DNA of 64,000 nucleotides from Oculina patagonica (Eukaryota): NCBI RefSeq assembly GCF_052425735.1, contig NC_135759.1, positions 9,238,001 to 9,302,000 of the forward strand, read 5' to 3'. Shown piece by piece: positions 51,330 to 64,000 of this stretch (position 1 is its first letter; each line of letters starts with the position of its first letter). The notes under the pieces were generated by a model. It saw only the letters and a program-made list of their open reading frames with translations, ran no database searches and was not told where the DNA came from. The position numbers and the translations under genes were made by a program.

Positions 51330-54300
51330 ATGAATCCTTTTCAAATCCTATCAACATTTCTTCTTTTTACAGTGTTGGATTTAGGAAACGGACAAGGTGG
51401 GTTCAATTTTGTATCTGGAGAAGCAATTAAGGTCAATAGGGACACTGAAAACAATTTTAGACAGTCGAGGTGGGGTACACAAAGTAGTACAATGTGCTGT
51501 TCACTGAAGTAAATTCAAGTACTAAAACGAAATCATTTCAATGATATTCATCCCCTTTACAAGGATTCAAGTCACTTTTCTTTTTCAGCGATATTGTTGC
51601 AAGTATAAAAAGATTGTCAATTTAATTTTGAAGAGGAGCATTCGAGGAGTAGATTTTGGCGTATCATTCATTTATTTACAAGTGATTTTAATGTATATAA
51701 CTAAAAAACAAAAACAAAATACAAAAAAAAAAAAAAAAAAAAAAACAAGCGTTAACTTAGCTTAACTTCCTAGAATAGGACACACTGTATGAAGATTACA
51801 ATATGGGGTTTTAATAACGGGAAAATTTCATTACGATATTGTATTAATTAACTCAAGCATCTCCTGTTAATTTTACTTGATGTGCGACCTGCCTTATAGG
51901 TGTTGGTCAATTACTTTATTTGTTCGGCTTTACTGTATTCATAAGTAAAAATCAAATAACATTTACAGAAGTGGGGCATTTTACTTCCAAAGTGTAAACA
52001 AGTCAAATATATAACAGATATAATTAAAATAAGTTACATCACTAGGTGACTGTCGATAACTTGGCGAATGTTCAGATGAATATTGTCAAATGCAAGGTGC
52101 ATGTTAAATGGAGGAAAATGTCCTTTAAATTTAACTCTTGTTTTGACAGCTAAACAAGTCCGTTTCGGAAACAAACCGAAAAAACTGAACAACATCGTGT
52201 ACCTTACAAATGACATGCAATAGAAGCTGCTGGTTTCCAACGAGATAATTCCGCCACAATAATCGATTCGGTCATGTGCATACTCCCCTGCTGGTTTGTG
52301 GAATAGTGACATCGATAGATCTTCTTTTGTGACTTTCTTTTAAATATATTTTTTTACGGTAAATTGTACCCTGACATTATTGTGAATCTGTTGTGATCCA
52401 GGGGGAATTGTTGTAAAATGTAACCCACTGAAATGAGAAATGTATGTCTAATTTCGGGAGTGTACAGGTACCCGCAATGTCGACCTGGGTAACGTTACTA
52501 CACATCTTTTAAATATTTCTTTTTTAATAAACATACAAATATTCTTGTCACAAGGTCTGAAAAATTTGTAAGTGAAGCTTTCAGGACTGTATCGCACAGT
52601 CTTCATCCGCGATTAAAATGAGCTAACGTTGTCTCGTGAATGCAAACTGTTTAGTCACGTGAAAACAGATGGTCAAAAATGGCGGGAAGATCATAGCCCC
52701 CCTGTTTAGCGTTGGGCGTTGACGTCTGACATGGATGGCCTCCTTCATTTTTCTTTTGACATCTATCGAATCTTTATCAAGAATCTTGACTTCTTCCCAG
52801 TCGATTTGTTCTTTGGCCTGAGACTGGTGTTCCTGGATCGCAGTTGTTGGTTGTTTCTCATGTTCACTCAGTCGCTTCTACAGAGTTCTCGCTGTCTCGT
52901 CCATGTAATGTTTTCGGCAATCGCTGCATGTGTTGTCGTATACGATGCCGGTCTTCTTTGCAGTTGGTGTCCTGTCGTTTGGATGGACTAAGACACCTGC
53001 GTAAGCCTTGTAGTACGTGCGGATTTCTTGTGCCTTGAAGACTCTACTAAGATGTTCGGAGAGTCCCGACACATAAAGCAGGCCTGCGGAGATTGGTCTA
53101 ATTGTCTCCGAGGTGCTGTTCTCCTGACTTGTGGGGCTAGGTCTAGAAGAGACTTTAAACATTCAGCGTTTGTAACCATTTGCGACTAGAGCACGTTGTA
53201 TGTGCCGTACTTCCTTTGCCTTGTCTTCCTCCTCGCTAACAATGTGTTCGGCTATGTGTAGGAGGATCCTCAAAACTGACCGTTTGTGATGTAGGTGGTG
53301 GTTTGAAGTGAATTTGAGATATTGATCCGTGTGGGTGGGCTGCCTATACACAGTTGTTTTTGTGCTCCCGTCCTCGTTCACATGGACAAAAGTGTCAAGG
53401 AAGGGTAGTTTACCGTTTTCCTCTTGCTCGCTGGTAAACTTTATGTGAGGGTTAATGCTGTTGATGTGTTGGGTGAAACTATCGATGTTGGCAGCGTGCT
53501 TTTTAGTGAACGTGTCATCCACATAACGATACCAGATGTCAGGTGGGTTGGGTGTCGTAGATAGGACAAACCTCTCGAAGTGTTCCATGTACAGCTTGGC
53601 AACTATCGGTGAAATAGGAGACCCTATGGCGGTGCCTTTGTTCTGTTTGTAAAAGCATCCACTGTACATGAAATAGGTGTTATTCAGGCATAACTCAAGA
53701 AGCTGCGTTAGTTTGTTAACATTCAGAGTGGTTCTGTCCTGTCAGCTGTTGTCTTGTTCCAAGCGCTGTCTGATAACCCGGACTGCTTCATCAGTGGGAA
53801 TGCTGGTAAACAGCGCGCTGACATCAAACGACACAAGTTTCTGGGAAGGGAGTACTTCTAAGTCCTTGATCTTCTGGACAAAATCAGTGCTGTTCTTGAT
53901 ATGGTGTTCTGATTTACCCGTCAGTGGACCGATCACTACTGCGAGGTACGTGGCCGCTTCATACGTGATGCTTCCAATGCTCGAAACGATGGGTCTGAGG
54001 GGCACTTCATTTTTGTGAATTTTCGGCAGCTGTAAAATTTCGTTACATCTTCAGCTGTTGGGTACACTTTTCCACTGCCCGTAGAAGGTCATCTTATCCT
54101 TTCCACTCTTGAAGTGCTACTGGCTTTGACTTAAAACGTTGCGTGGGATCCGAGTTAAGTTTGACGTAGGTGTTATTGTCACTCAAAAGCGCCCGTGCTT
54201 TGCTTGCATATGTTGTAGCATCAATAACAACTGACACATTCCCCCCTTGCCCGCCGGTAGGATGATGATCTTATTATCTTTTCGGAGATCAGATAAGGAT

Positions 54301-57300
54301 CTACGTTCCTCTGAAGAGATGTTAGCCGCATAAGTGGCTTGACAGGTTTCAAGATGTTCGCTACATTTCCCCTGAGACGATCTGCTTTGTTCTTGTTTGG
54401 CATTAGATAGCACGCTTGTTTGGTGGCTGTAATAATCTCGATTACAGGAATTTCTTTCGGAGTTACGGCGAAATTCAAACCTTTCTGAAGAATCGTGGTC
54501 TCTGTGTTAGTCAACACACGTTCTGATAGGTTTAAAACCCATCTTTCCTTTGCTGTTGTGTTTCCGTCAGTGTCCATAGCCCGTAAATTCTGCTGTTTCT
54601 TACGAAGAAAATCAAATTTCTCAACTTGTTGACGTTTAGCGGTTTGGAATGCATGTACTTGTGCCTGTTGAAGGTGATGGGACAACATAACTGCACTTTC
54701 TGGTGACACTCGTGTTAAAAAACTCTCCTCGATCTCTTGTTTCTTTTCATCCAAACGTCGTAACGTCGTTCCTTTTTTAATGCTTTTATGTTTTCATGAG
54801 TTAGTTGTCAATGTATTTCGGTCTGTGCTGACACTCTGATTCTGCAAAAGCTTCAGCGCCACGTTGTTTGATTTCATGTTACGACTGGAGGTGACTGATT
54901 GACATGCGCATTATCATTTTGATTTACTTCCGGAGGCCGTAGTAGCGTCTACGTCTCGCAGTAGTATGTATCTTAAAGTGCTCAATGACATGACAGAGTA
55001 CGGAAACTGCGCAAAAAAGCCTTTAGGACCCAGAATAACTTTTTGAGTACCGCACGCATTTTGAAGATGTGAAACTTCAAAACGACTAAAGCTATAACCA
55101 CAGAACGTGGTGACGTAATTATCTTACAATTCAATTGGCAACAATTTGACTTTGTGCCTTTTCCGTTTCCATAGCAGCCGGTTTTCAACAGCTATATTTT
55201 ACAAAATTGCATTTTGTGTTTTTTTTTTGTCTTTTATGATGAAATTTATATTTTTATACCTTTTTAGCAACAATATACAACATAATACCACTAATAATAC
55301 TAATTTGGGTCAAATATCAATTTTAAAATGTTACAGTCCAAGATGGCTGACTAAATTAATGACCCGAAAATTTATCTTCCTAATTTCATTATTGCCTTAT
55401 ATTTTCCCATCTTGACGCATTTTATACGGAATTCAAGTTTTTACAGTCCGCTAACGTTTAGTTTTAGGATAGTTAATGAAATGAATTGAACTAAAAAAAA
55501 AATTATAATGGCGAATCCAAGATGGCGGCTATTTTAAATATTGTTGTTGCTAATGACAATTAAAGTTTTTTTCAGAAACAAGAATCTTATCAGACAGGTT
55601 GCTCTAGCCAGAGTTTGTTATCATCCATCCAATAATGGTGGAAATATTAATAAAATATATTTCAGCTCATATTTTAAACAAATGTCGTCATTAATGACAT
55701 CATATTTTGTTATAATAAAAGGTAATATCCAAATGATCTTAAACTGCATAAAAGCAAAGAGTAATGATTCCATGGCATAGGATTTGATATATTAAATTTT
55801 TTGGTGGGTTGGGGAAAAAAAATGGGGTTGGTATTATATTTTTTTTTTTTTTTTCCCCCCCCCCCGAATTAAATAACTGACTTAACAATATGACTATCTA
55901 TGCAATATCGTAGATGTAATTTCCAGAGGTGAATCTGGATCATTCTGACAGGTCGAGAAGTTCGGTTTGTGAAGCAGTCCAGGATCACTGATTCTCGGCC
56001 AATTAATTGTTAAATCTGTGTACTATACTAAGTGCAGTGAAATGATGAGATATCGCAATGATTTGTGTTTTTATCTGTTATTTTATAAAAGATGGATGCA
56101 AACATTTACGAGAAGGAGACGAGTCTTTCACTGAAGACATCGAATACGTTCCAGTGAAATGGTTTGAAACGCCTTCGATTGTCTCCTTCGGGCAAGGTAA
56201 CGTTTTGTCTTGAGTGATAAATATCTGGAATAGAATATATTACAACGATAATTTTAAATTGTACTGATACCCTGTTTTCAAGGACGAATGGCAACCCTAG
56301 TGCTAGGTTTATGTGTTTGCAAGGTAACAACATAGGTTGATTAGTTAAGTGAAGTTTAGTCTGCGAAACAAGTGTTAGCTTGCAAGTTTATGTTAAGCCA
56401 CGACCAGGCGTGGACGTGTACCCGTGGACTAACAATTAAAAAATAGCAAGTTAGACCTTCTCCTGACTTTGCTTATAAGACATTTAAACGTATTTTCACT
56501 GATTCTCATAGTTCTCTTACTCATATTTATCACAAAGGTCTAAACCCCATGAAGCTTGCAGCCCTTTATTAAAGAAAAAAAAACAATTGGAAGAGATTTT
56601 AGTGGCCCTGAAATAATGACAATACTTGTTAGACGACGTCTAAGCGTATCCGTAGTAAGCACCAGCTCATTGACGTACGCGTTCTAAGAAAATATTTTAG
56701 GTGTGTGCAGCTAGCCATGGCGTATGCTGTCGTTGTCTTAACCTTGATTCAGTCTTAAACTAGGCCTAACTTAGGCTTCGTTTAGGTAGTCGACCATAGG
56801 GTTTCCACGGCGTCGGGCCCTGGTTACTCTCCCAGGGGGGGGGGGGGGTACTCCGGCTCGTAAATGACGGGGATGATCGAATGGAGGCAAAACTCAGGAC
56901 CCAAAAAAACCCAAGTCTTCCGACATTACCCAAAAAAATCCCTGGACCAAAAATAACCCCCCCAAAAAATCCCTTGTCAAATTACCCCTAAATTGCCAGG
57001 TGGGGCAATGACATAACACAAAGAACACTAGTTTTGTTTATTCATGATACCATTAATACGCCAAGGCCCTTTAGTTCGTTTTAATACCCAAAAAATCCTC
57101 TATCTAAATAAAGTCACCCAAAAAAAAAATACTTGCCAAATTTTCCAACCCAAAAAAATCCCGGAATCGAAAATTTCAAACCCAAAAAAATCATTCGATC
57201 ATCCCCGTCATTAACAAACCGGAGTACCCCCCCCCCCCCCTGGGGTTACTCTGTCATATATATAAAAAAAAAAAAACGCTTGGTAAGGAACAGCTCGCTT

Positions 57301-60300
57301 ACTTAAGAAAACTTTACTTTGACACTAGACACCGAGAAAATCAACGAAATGGTTCTAAACTGATATCGTATTTGTTTAGAATTTGCTTCCTGCTCTCTGT
57401 TTGCTTTGGAAGGAGATAATTTCCAAAAAAAATATTATTTTTGAAGAAATGTTCCAGTTCATGTCTCATGCAAATGTCGCTTCAAGTATACCATTGCAGC
57501 AATGATTAATCTTTTCCCGGTCGAATTCGCCTCTAACTCACTTGTTTATTTGTATTTATTTATTTTTTTTAATTACCAGAATGCACTGGCGAAGACGCCC
57601 TTGGCTTGGAGAGCGGTCTGGTAACAGATCAACAAATGACCGCATCTTCCCAGTACAGTAAAAACCATGGTCCAGAAAATGCCAGGCTCAACTTTGTGGC
57701 TGCGAGGGGAAGAAAAGGTGCCTGGTCAGCTGAAACCAACGACTATGATCCGTATCTTCAAGTAGATTTTTGGCGAAATGTTAATATCACAAAGTTCCAG
57801 ACCCAGGGTCGACAAGACTACGACCAGTGGGTCAAGAAATACAAACTTTCTTACTCTGTAGATGGCTCTTCGGCATTCAAGACATATCAAGAGAATGGCG
57901 TCGATAAGGTATTAGAAAATATGCTGTTATAAAGACTATTAAGTTCATTAGAAATTTATTTACGCCGACAGAAAGTATTTAGCTGAGGAAGTTAAGTCGG
58001 GGAGGGACAGGAGCCCGGGAACAATCGTCAGAAAAAGAGCGATTTTTCTGAGACACTGACCGCAGCGAATGATGCGAACTGCACAACCGGGAAAGAACCG
58101 TTTTAATTCAATAACTTCTGTTGTACCAGATCATGTCGAAGAGATGCACGACAAAACACAAGCAAGGCGGCGACCTAGAAATATGTTCAGATGTATGCGC
58201 AAAGTGTTCACCGTAGGAGAAAACGTGCCGCAAAGCGGATAGTCAGCAAAACAACGTACCTGGACTTAACGAAGGAAGAAGCAAGCGAGGCGGAAAGAAC
58301 TAGGGAGAAGAAACAAACCCACCCTTTTCCTCTTTTTTGGTGCTTGATATAACCAATTTGGGTGGAAATGGGTATGTTAGCCGCCTTTTTAATGAGACTT
58401 CTTGACAAGCTATCTTTTGGACCGAATTAATGTTAGAATTGTACTCGTATTTTTCATAAGGACCTAATGCCAATATCTCGGCACGTCTGTTAAACGCAAC
58501 AAAAATCAACAATTACATAACAATCAGGCCAACCCGGATAGCTCAGATATCCTGGTAACGCAATGTCTTGATTCTAGCTAGCCAGGCTGAACATTTCCCA
58601 TGTAATCTCATCCAGCGGCCAGCCTGGCTGGCTTAAAAAGCCGGAGTCAAATTTCTCCTCGAGAATACTGCCTACCAAAAAGAAAACGATATCCGTTCTT
58701 CTAAAGGGGATTCAATGTCAAAGCAGTGTAGGTAAAAAAAAAACACATTTTTTTTTTGGAAAAAGATCGCCAACATCACCCCATTTTCCTTCGCTTCAAA
58801 ACCATTGTTGCTTAATTTAACTTGTGTTCTGTACAAATCCTGTCTATCGCGGAGTGACTCGGCTCATATACTACTGGGATGGAAGTCATCTCGGCAAACT
58901 GAGCCGGTCCGACAATCTGGGCCAGCCCGCTTTATGTAATCAGATCCTAATGGAGCCTACGCATGTTCTCTACCTACAGGTTTTTGTAGGAAACACCAAT
59001 CGAAACGGCGTTGTCACTCATGTCCTTTTGCAACCAATTACAGCCCGAAAAGTGAAAATAAAACCAACAGAATGGCACGACCATATCTCCATGAGGGCGG
59101 AATTTTTCGGCTGCATTCCGGCAGGTGAGCTAACTAGCCTTTCAATGATTTTGATTGCTCTGTCTGTCGATTTCTATATGAGTGCTCGTCTTCCCCNNNN
59201 NNNNNNNNNNNNNNNNNNNNNNNNNNNNNNNNNNNNNNNNNNNNNNNNNNNNNNNNNNNNNNNNNNNNNNNNNNNNNNNNNNNNNNNNNNNNNNNNNNNN
59301 NNNNNNNNNNNNNNNNNNNNNNNNNNNNNNNNNNNNNNNNNNNNNNNNNNNNNNNNNNNNNNNNNNNNNNNNNNNNNNNNNNNNNNNNNNNNNNNNNNNN
59401 NNNNNNNNNNNNNNNNNNNNNNNNNNNNNNNNNNNNNNNNNNNNNNNNNNNNNNNNNNNNNNNNNNNNNNNNNNNNNNNNNNNNNNNNNNNNNNNNNNNN
59501 NNNNNNNNNNNNNNNNNNNNNNNNNNNNNNNNNNNNNNNNNNNNNNNNNNNNNNNNNNNNNNNNNNNNNNNNNNNACAGGCAGCACCATGCTGATGTGGA
59601 CCTTTACAGTGATAATTACAAACAGGCTAATAATAAATAAATGGGTAAAATATGTACCAATTTAAAATAGAAATGTATGGAAAATTTATTAATTAAGCAT
59701 TGAGTCGATTATATTGTGATTCATTTTCATTCTTCAAATTTGGAGCGTTCCTTGTTTTAATTTATCCAGAAGTTTCAAAGTGGCGAAAAATGGATATAAT
59801 GCCACTGTCAGTCAGAAAGGGTAAATAAGCTTTATGCCAGTAAGGTTAATTAATTGTGTACTTCGTTTTTTAAATATTTTGTTAACTTATGTATTTCTTG
59901 GCTCCGTGCCAACAGATCGTTATCAAGTAACTGGCCGAAAAGTTCATATGGATTATGTTCAACAGCATCTCAAAGCAAAGAAGAATGTTAACTTTGACGA
60001 TTCTCAGGAGCAGCCCAATAACATCGAGCTTGAAATCCTGGCAGACAGCATATATGTTAGGGTAGGTTGCCAAAATTACTCGGATGAAATTAAGACTTTG
60101 GGATACCAACTATAATTCCAAAGCGGCCTTGTCTAGTGTCGTCTGGATAAAAAGAAAATCCCCATTGTTTGATGCCGTTATTATCATTTTTGTTTCATAT
60201 CTTGCTTACAATTCTCATTCATACACCTAACTACCATTTACCTTATTGTCGAGTAACGAAAATGTACTCGATAAACCCAGCAATGGCAATGCTTCAATTC

Positions 60301-63300
60301 TTGCCAAACATTCGCCTTTGCATGAAATTGAAATCCTTAGTAACTTGTATCATCTTAGGTATTTAATTTGCTTTCGTACAGTAGCATATATTTATAATTA
60401 CAAAATTAAAGCTGCGGACATGCCCGGAGGGCACTCGGCAAAGTGAAGAACGATAGTTCACGCTTATCTTATGGTCAGTCGCATTTTATTTTTCAGCCAA
60501 TGAACTTATTCCAAGGTTTTAGTATAGTTTCCAGAGGTGAATTCAATTCTGATTGGTCGAGAAGCTCGGACTATGTCGCAATATTCACCGCGCTAGGCGG
60601 TGAATATTGCATCTGCCACGTTTGCCATCCAGGCCACGTTTACCACCGTTTGCCATCGAGGGCAGTGAACATGGCGGCATTTGCTGAATGAAAATTTCTC
60701 TCATTTAAAAGAAATCACTCTAAATCCTGGATATTTGAAACATTGGGAACTTTCGGCAAATTTACTACCAAGGCTTTTAGACCGAAAATATTTCAAGAGA
60801 TGGTATTTTTTTTCAAGGCATTAGATTTGATCGTAAACATGGTGGTTTTGGAGATCGCACACGGCCATGTACTCAGTCAGATCGACTGTCAAAACATTAT
60901 TTAGTTCTCTTCCCACTGGAGCTAGTAATTTTGAGAGGATTCATCACACAATTGCTCAGAAGCCACCAACTATTAAACAAAGGTACCGGATATCTATCTT
61001 TTTCGTAGTGTTTGTTTTGTTCCGTTTTATTGCTAAAAATTGAGTGTAAATTATGATTTCAATCGATGAATTAAACTGGTTTACACGTATGCAAGCGATC
61101 ACTTCGGTTTGTTGTTTTCGTGTTTTCTATTGTTATTTTGCAGTTTTTGATATTCACCTTTGAAAATTATACTAAAACAATTATTCACCTCAGGCTCAGT
61201 GATTATTGTTGAATGATCACTAATTATTCAACAATAATCACTTCGCCATCAGCGAGTAATTGTTAAATATAAGTTGAACAAAGGCGTGCTTGCTATTACT
61301 ATTATCACTGATTAGGGTGACATCAAAATGCGCGGCATTAAAAAGTTGACAATGTACAGCCGTCAAGTGTCCTTTTTAAAAGGAAGTCGATTGGATGTCA
61401 GTGCACCGAGTTTGCCACAAAGTTTCCGGACCCTGGCTCCTGGGACCGATGGAGATGACGGAAAGCATGGAGTGCATGGACCAATAGGTAGGGTGTTGTT
61501 GTTAAAATAGGTAGGGTTTTTTTGCGTGACATTGCATTTTGATAATTTATGTTTTTCTTTAGCGACCTTTTACTAACAGTTTTTTTCCTTTTCATGTTTG
61601 AACTTGAAATTGGTGTCATAAATGACAACTCCGAAACGTCGTTCAATTTTATAATTATACAATACAATACAATACAATACAATACAATACAATACAATAC
61701 AATACAATACAATACAATACAATACAATACAATACAATACAATGTTTAATGTGGTCATTACACTTAGCTATGGTTTCGATGCGTCCCGCGATATGGTTCA
61801 CTTTCTGATTTAAAGGGATCTGTTTAAAAAAACGAACCTAAACAATGATAATTGGCTTGGCCAATAAAATAGCGACTTATGTGCCCCTTTACAACGTGGC
61901 ATCAATTGTGCCTGAGTGTACTAAACGTCTAAACATTTCGACAATATTCTGGCAATGTATTTGGGAAGAGGCTTCTTTTTACTCTTACCGCAGTTCTTTT
62001 CAGCGAGTTACACTTAAGGTTAATTTCTACCTATAGTTATTGTTGTTAACATTGCTTCTTCTTTTTCCATCGTAAAAGTGAAAATATTTGCGGATAAGGC
62101 AGCAGGATACATGGCCATTACATCAAGTGGTGGAAATGGATGGCCGGGGCAAAACGGCGCTAATGGCCATCCAGGTGATGACAGCTTAGGCAAGGTACAG
62201 AATTTAATATTTATTCACAAAAGATTGTTTAATCGAATACGCTTTTGACATTTTTCATCAACAAATGGAGATTTTTGTGTTTTTACTTTTCTATGAACAG
62301 AAAGCTGACAAGACAGGGGCAGACTGTAGTGCGAATGCCAAGAAAACCATGTTTGGAAGAACCTATGGTTGCAAAGTATCTCATATTTCGGGAGCAACGG
62401 GTGTACAAGGAGGGGCTGGTGGAGACGGCGGTTATGCTGGGAATTCAGGTTCTTTAACATGTCATTGTTAAATAACACTAAAAGTCGCAGCGGGGTGTTT
62501 GCTAGGTTAATATTAATAGGCTATTTTGGTATCCTTAGAATTGGAATGAAGTAGCTCGCGATGGAAACTAATATGGAAAAAATCGAAATTTAACTGACGT
62601 TAAAATATTCTTGCTCGTTATGTTAGCCTTCATTATAAGATGCACACAAAAAAGGAAACATAATACACTGACAATTCTAACAGATCTCTAGCCTCAACGA
62701 GCGCTTAAGGAGGTTTTTTGAGTCACTGTTGAAATTATTAGAAAAGAAAGATATATCTTTATGTATGGCATGTATCCCGAACTCCGCCGTTTTTGTTAGG
62801 TTATATGGCCATTTACTGTAACAATGGGATTGTTGTCCACTGGCATAAATATGGTCTGTCTTTGCTCAGACTAAGTCTCATTTCAGCCAGAGAAATAAAA
62901 CATCGCGGATTGTTATTGTTTGCAGTTCTGATTGGCTCAGAGCCGCCGGTGAAAATAAATCATTGAAATTACCTTAATTTAAAATGTTATACTTAACAAT
63001 TATTCCACGAGCGCGCGTTGGATATGAGATGGTAGATAGCCAACTTGGCGCTACGCGCCTCGTTGGCTATAACGATCTCATATCCAACAAGCGCGAGTAG
63101 AATAATTGTTGTATTAAAGACGCCCAAAGAATTGCAGTATTTGAGCTCCCCAGCTGTTTTCGTTGACGCGTATCGGCTACCATATTTGTGGTCAATGGAG
63201 TATGAGCTCATTAACCATTGCCTGTTAACCAATCAAAACTCAGGAATTTCAATATATCATTGCTAGTTTTTAATAATAAAGGAAATTTATTCGAAAACAG

Positions 63301-63420
63301 GAAATGGTGGTAATGCTGGACACCAAACAATCAACGTCAGAAGAGTGCGAGGAAAGATGGATCTGACAACATGTCGCGGAACGGGAGGTGCAGCGGCTAG
63401 TAACGGAGCTGGGGGAGAAG
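51330..63420 (+). CDS. 5' part of a secreted protein: signal peptide + F5/8 type C (discoidin) domain + Gly-rich repeat module; continues beyond the window
   Basis: Exons 51330-51396 ([22 protein letters not shown]), 56092-56196, 57580-57908, 58980-59124, 59916-60061, 61316-61487, 62079-62194, 62301-62448 and 63301-63420. All are AG/GT-bounded with matching phases (1,1,0,1,0,1,0,1,1). F5/8C motifs: [42 protein letters not shown]. An extra exon could be hidden in the N gap. Confidence 0.85.
52540..54770 (-). mobile_element. decayed Penelope-like retroelement (RT + GIY-YIG endonuclease), antisense in intron 1 of the F5/8C gene; ends approximate
   Basis: Frameshifted fragments: [66 protein letters not shown], and a GIY-YIG-like [23 protein letters not shown] followed by a stop. 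Confidence 0.9.
56831..57244. mobile_element. MITE with CCCAGGG termini and 8-bp TSD
   Basis: Long TIR (CCCAG-polyG-TACTCCGG...ATGACGGGGATGATCGAAT) with GTTACTCT on both sides. Confidence 0.88.
59197..59575. other. assembly gap (379 N)
   Basis: Run of N. Confidence 1.
60520..61268. mobile_element. single-end-palindrome repeat (Crypton-like), intronic; ends approximate
   Basis: CTGATTGG near the left end and palindrome AACAATTATTC..TGATTATTGTTGAAT..ATTCAACAATAATCA..GAGTAATTGTT at the right end. Confidence 0.5.
61657..61743. repeat. (TACAA)n pentanucleotide microsatellite
   Basis: Directly visible in the sequence. Confidence 0.95.
62993..63275. mobile_element. single-end-palindrome repeat (Crypton-like), intronic
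   Basis: Palindrome AACAATTATTC..GTTGGATATGAGAT..GGCGCTACGCGCC..ATCTCATATCCAAC..GAATAATTGTT, then CCAATCA. Confidence 0.58.
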
Positions 63421-64000
63421 GTAAACTAAGCTGCCTTGGGTTTAAAAGTGAATGCATTATACTTTTATTAAAAAAAAAAAATAATAAAAAAATATCTTTG
63501 AGAACGAAAAATGGGGACACGTACGTGTAAATACAAGAGCTCTTCTAAATGTCGTGTCGTCGTTCTCTTCTCTTTGTCTTCCTCCTCGTTTTCTGCTGTA
63601 TTATCAGCTCGATGGTGAACACAATGCAAGATTTCCTTGCGTCTTTTGCGATGCCGGTTGTAGAGCTGATATGTCATCATCGGAGAAAATTCCTAATATT
63701 TTATCACTATTTAGAAAACTAACAAATTCACCATGTTTTTGGGCGTAAAAAAATGCTTCATTTAATAAAGGATTGGATATTTTTAGTTTTAATCTTTGAA
63801 AAAAGCAGAAGATAGACGCTTTTTATGTCTGTTGCAAAAGGGTATCGCCCAAGCCCTGCTCTACATGCTAAGTTTCAACATACCATGGTACATTCAATGC
63901 TTGTTTGCAAAACTGGGTGTGAACTTGTTCAATTGTACTTTTATCGAAACGTGTTTTGTATGATAAACGTTTGGGTCCCCATATTAAATTTTCACAACCA

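Noticed and set aside
59134-59640. Long ORFs containing X runs
   Set aside because: Artefacts of the N gap; only 58980-59124 is a supported exon.
61398-61758. ORFs with YCIVL / QYNTI repeats
   Set aside because: Translation of the (TACAA)n microsatellite.
61440-63420. Collagen gene
   Set aside because: G-x-y runs are only 4-6 triplets long, Pro-poor and interrupted by beta-type segments.

Overview
Repeat-rich eukaryotic DNA with spliced genes. The repeat types and gene content suggest a cnidarian, probably a stony coral; that is inference, not a database result. Three gene units can be rebuilt from GT-AG splice sites with consistent intron phases. (1) The last five exons of a + strand gene (828-5363) encode a Cys- and N-glycosylation-rich C-terminal region. 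(2) A minus-strand tandem cluster of two-exon 'protein rolling stone'-like multi-pass membrane genes spans 8851-47675. It has five intact copies (A, B, B', C, D) and one chimeric pseudogene. A ~15 kb tandem duplication (10016-25088 vs 25089-40563) with a base-resolved breakpoint produced B/B' and the pseudogene. (3) The 5' part of a + strand gene (51330 to beyond the window end) encodes signal peptide + F5/8 type C (discoidin) domain + Gly-rich module, with a decayed Penelope-like retroelement in intron 1. The two duplicated units serve as each other's empty-site controls, so several transposon insertions and their target duplications can be read directly. These include piggyBac-like, Tc1/mariner-like, 6-bp-TSD and Helentron-like elements. 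Most interesting points: a Thr/Ser switch at the predicted AIG1/ADTRP-type nucleophile among the rolling-stone paralogs; a possible toxin-like secreted family flanking the cluster; and minimal hammerhead-ribozyme motifs. There is an assembly gap at 59197-59575.
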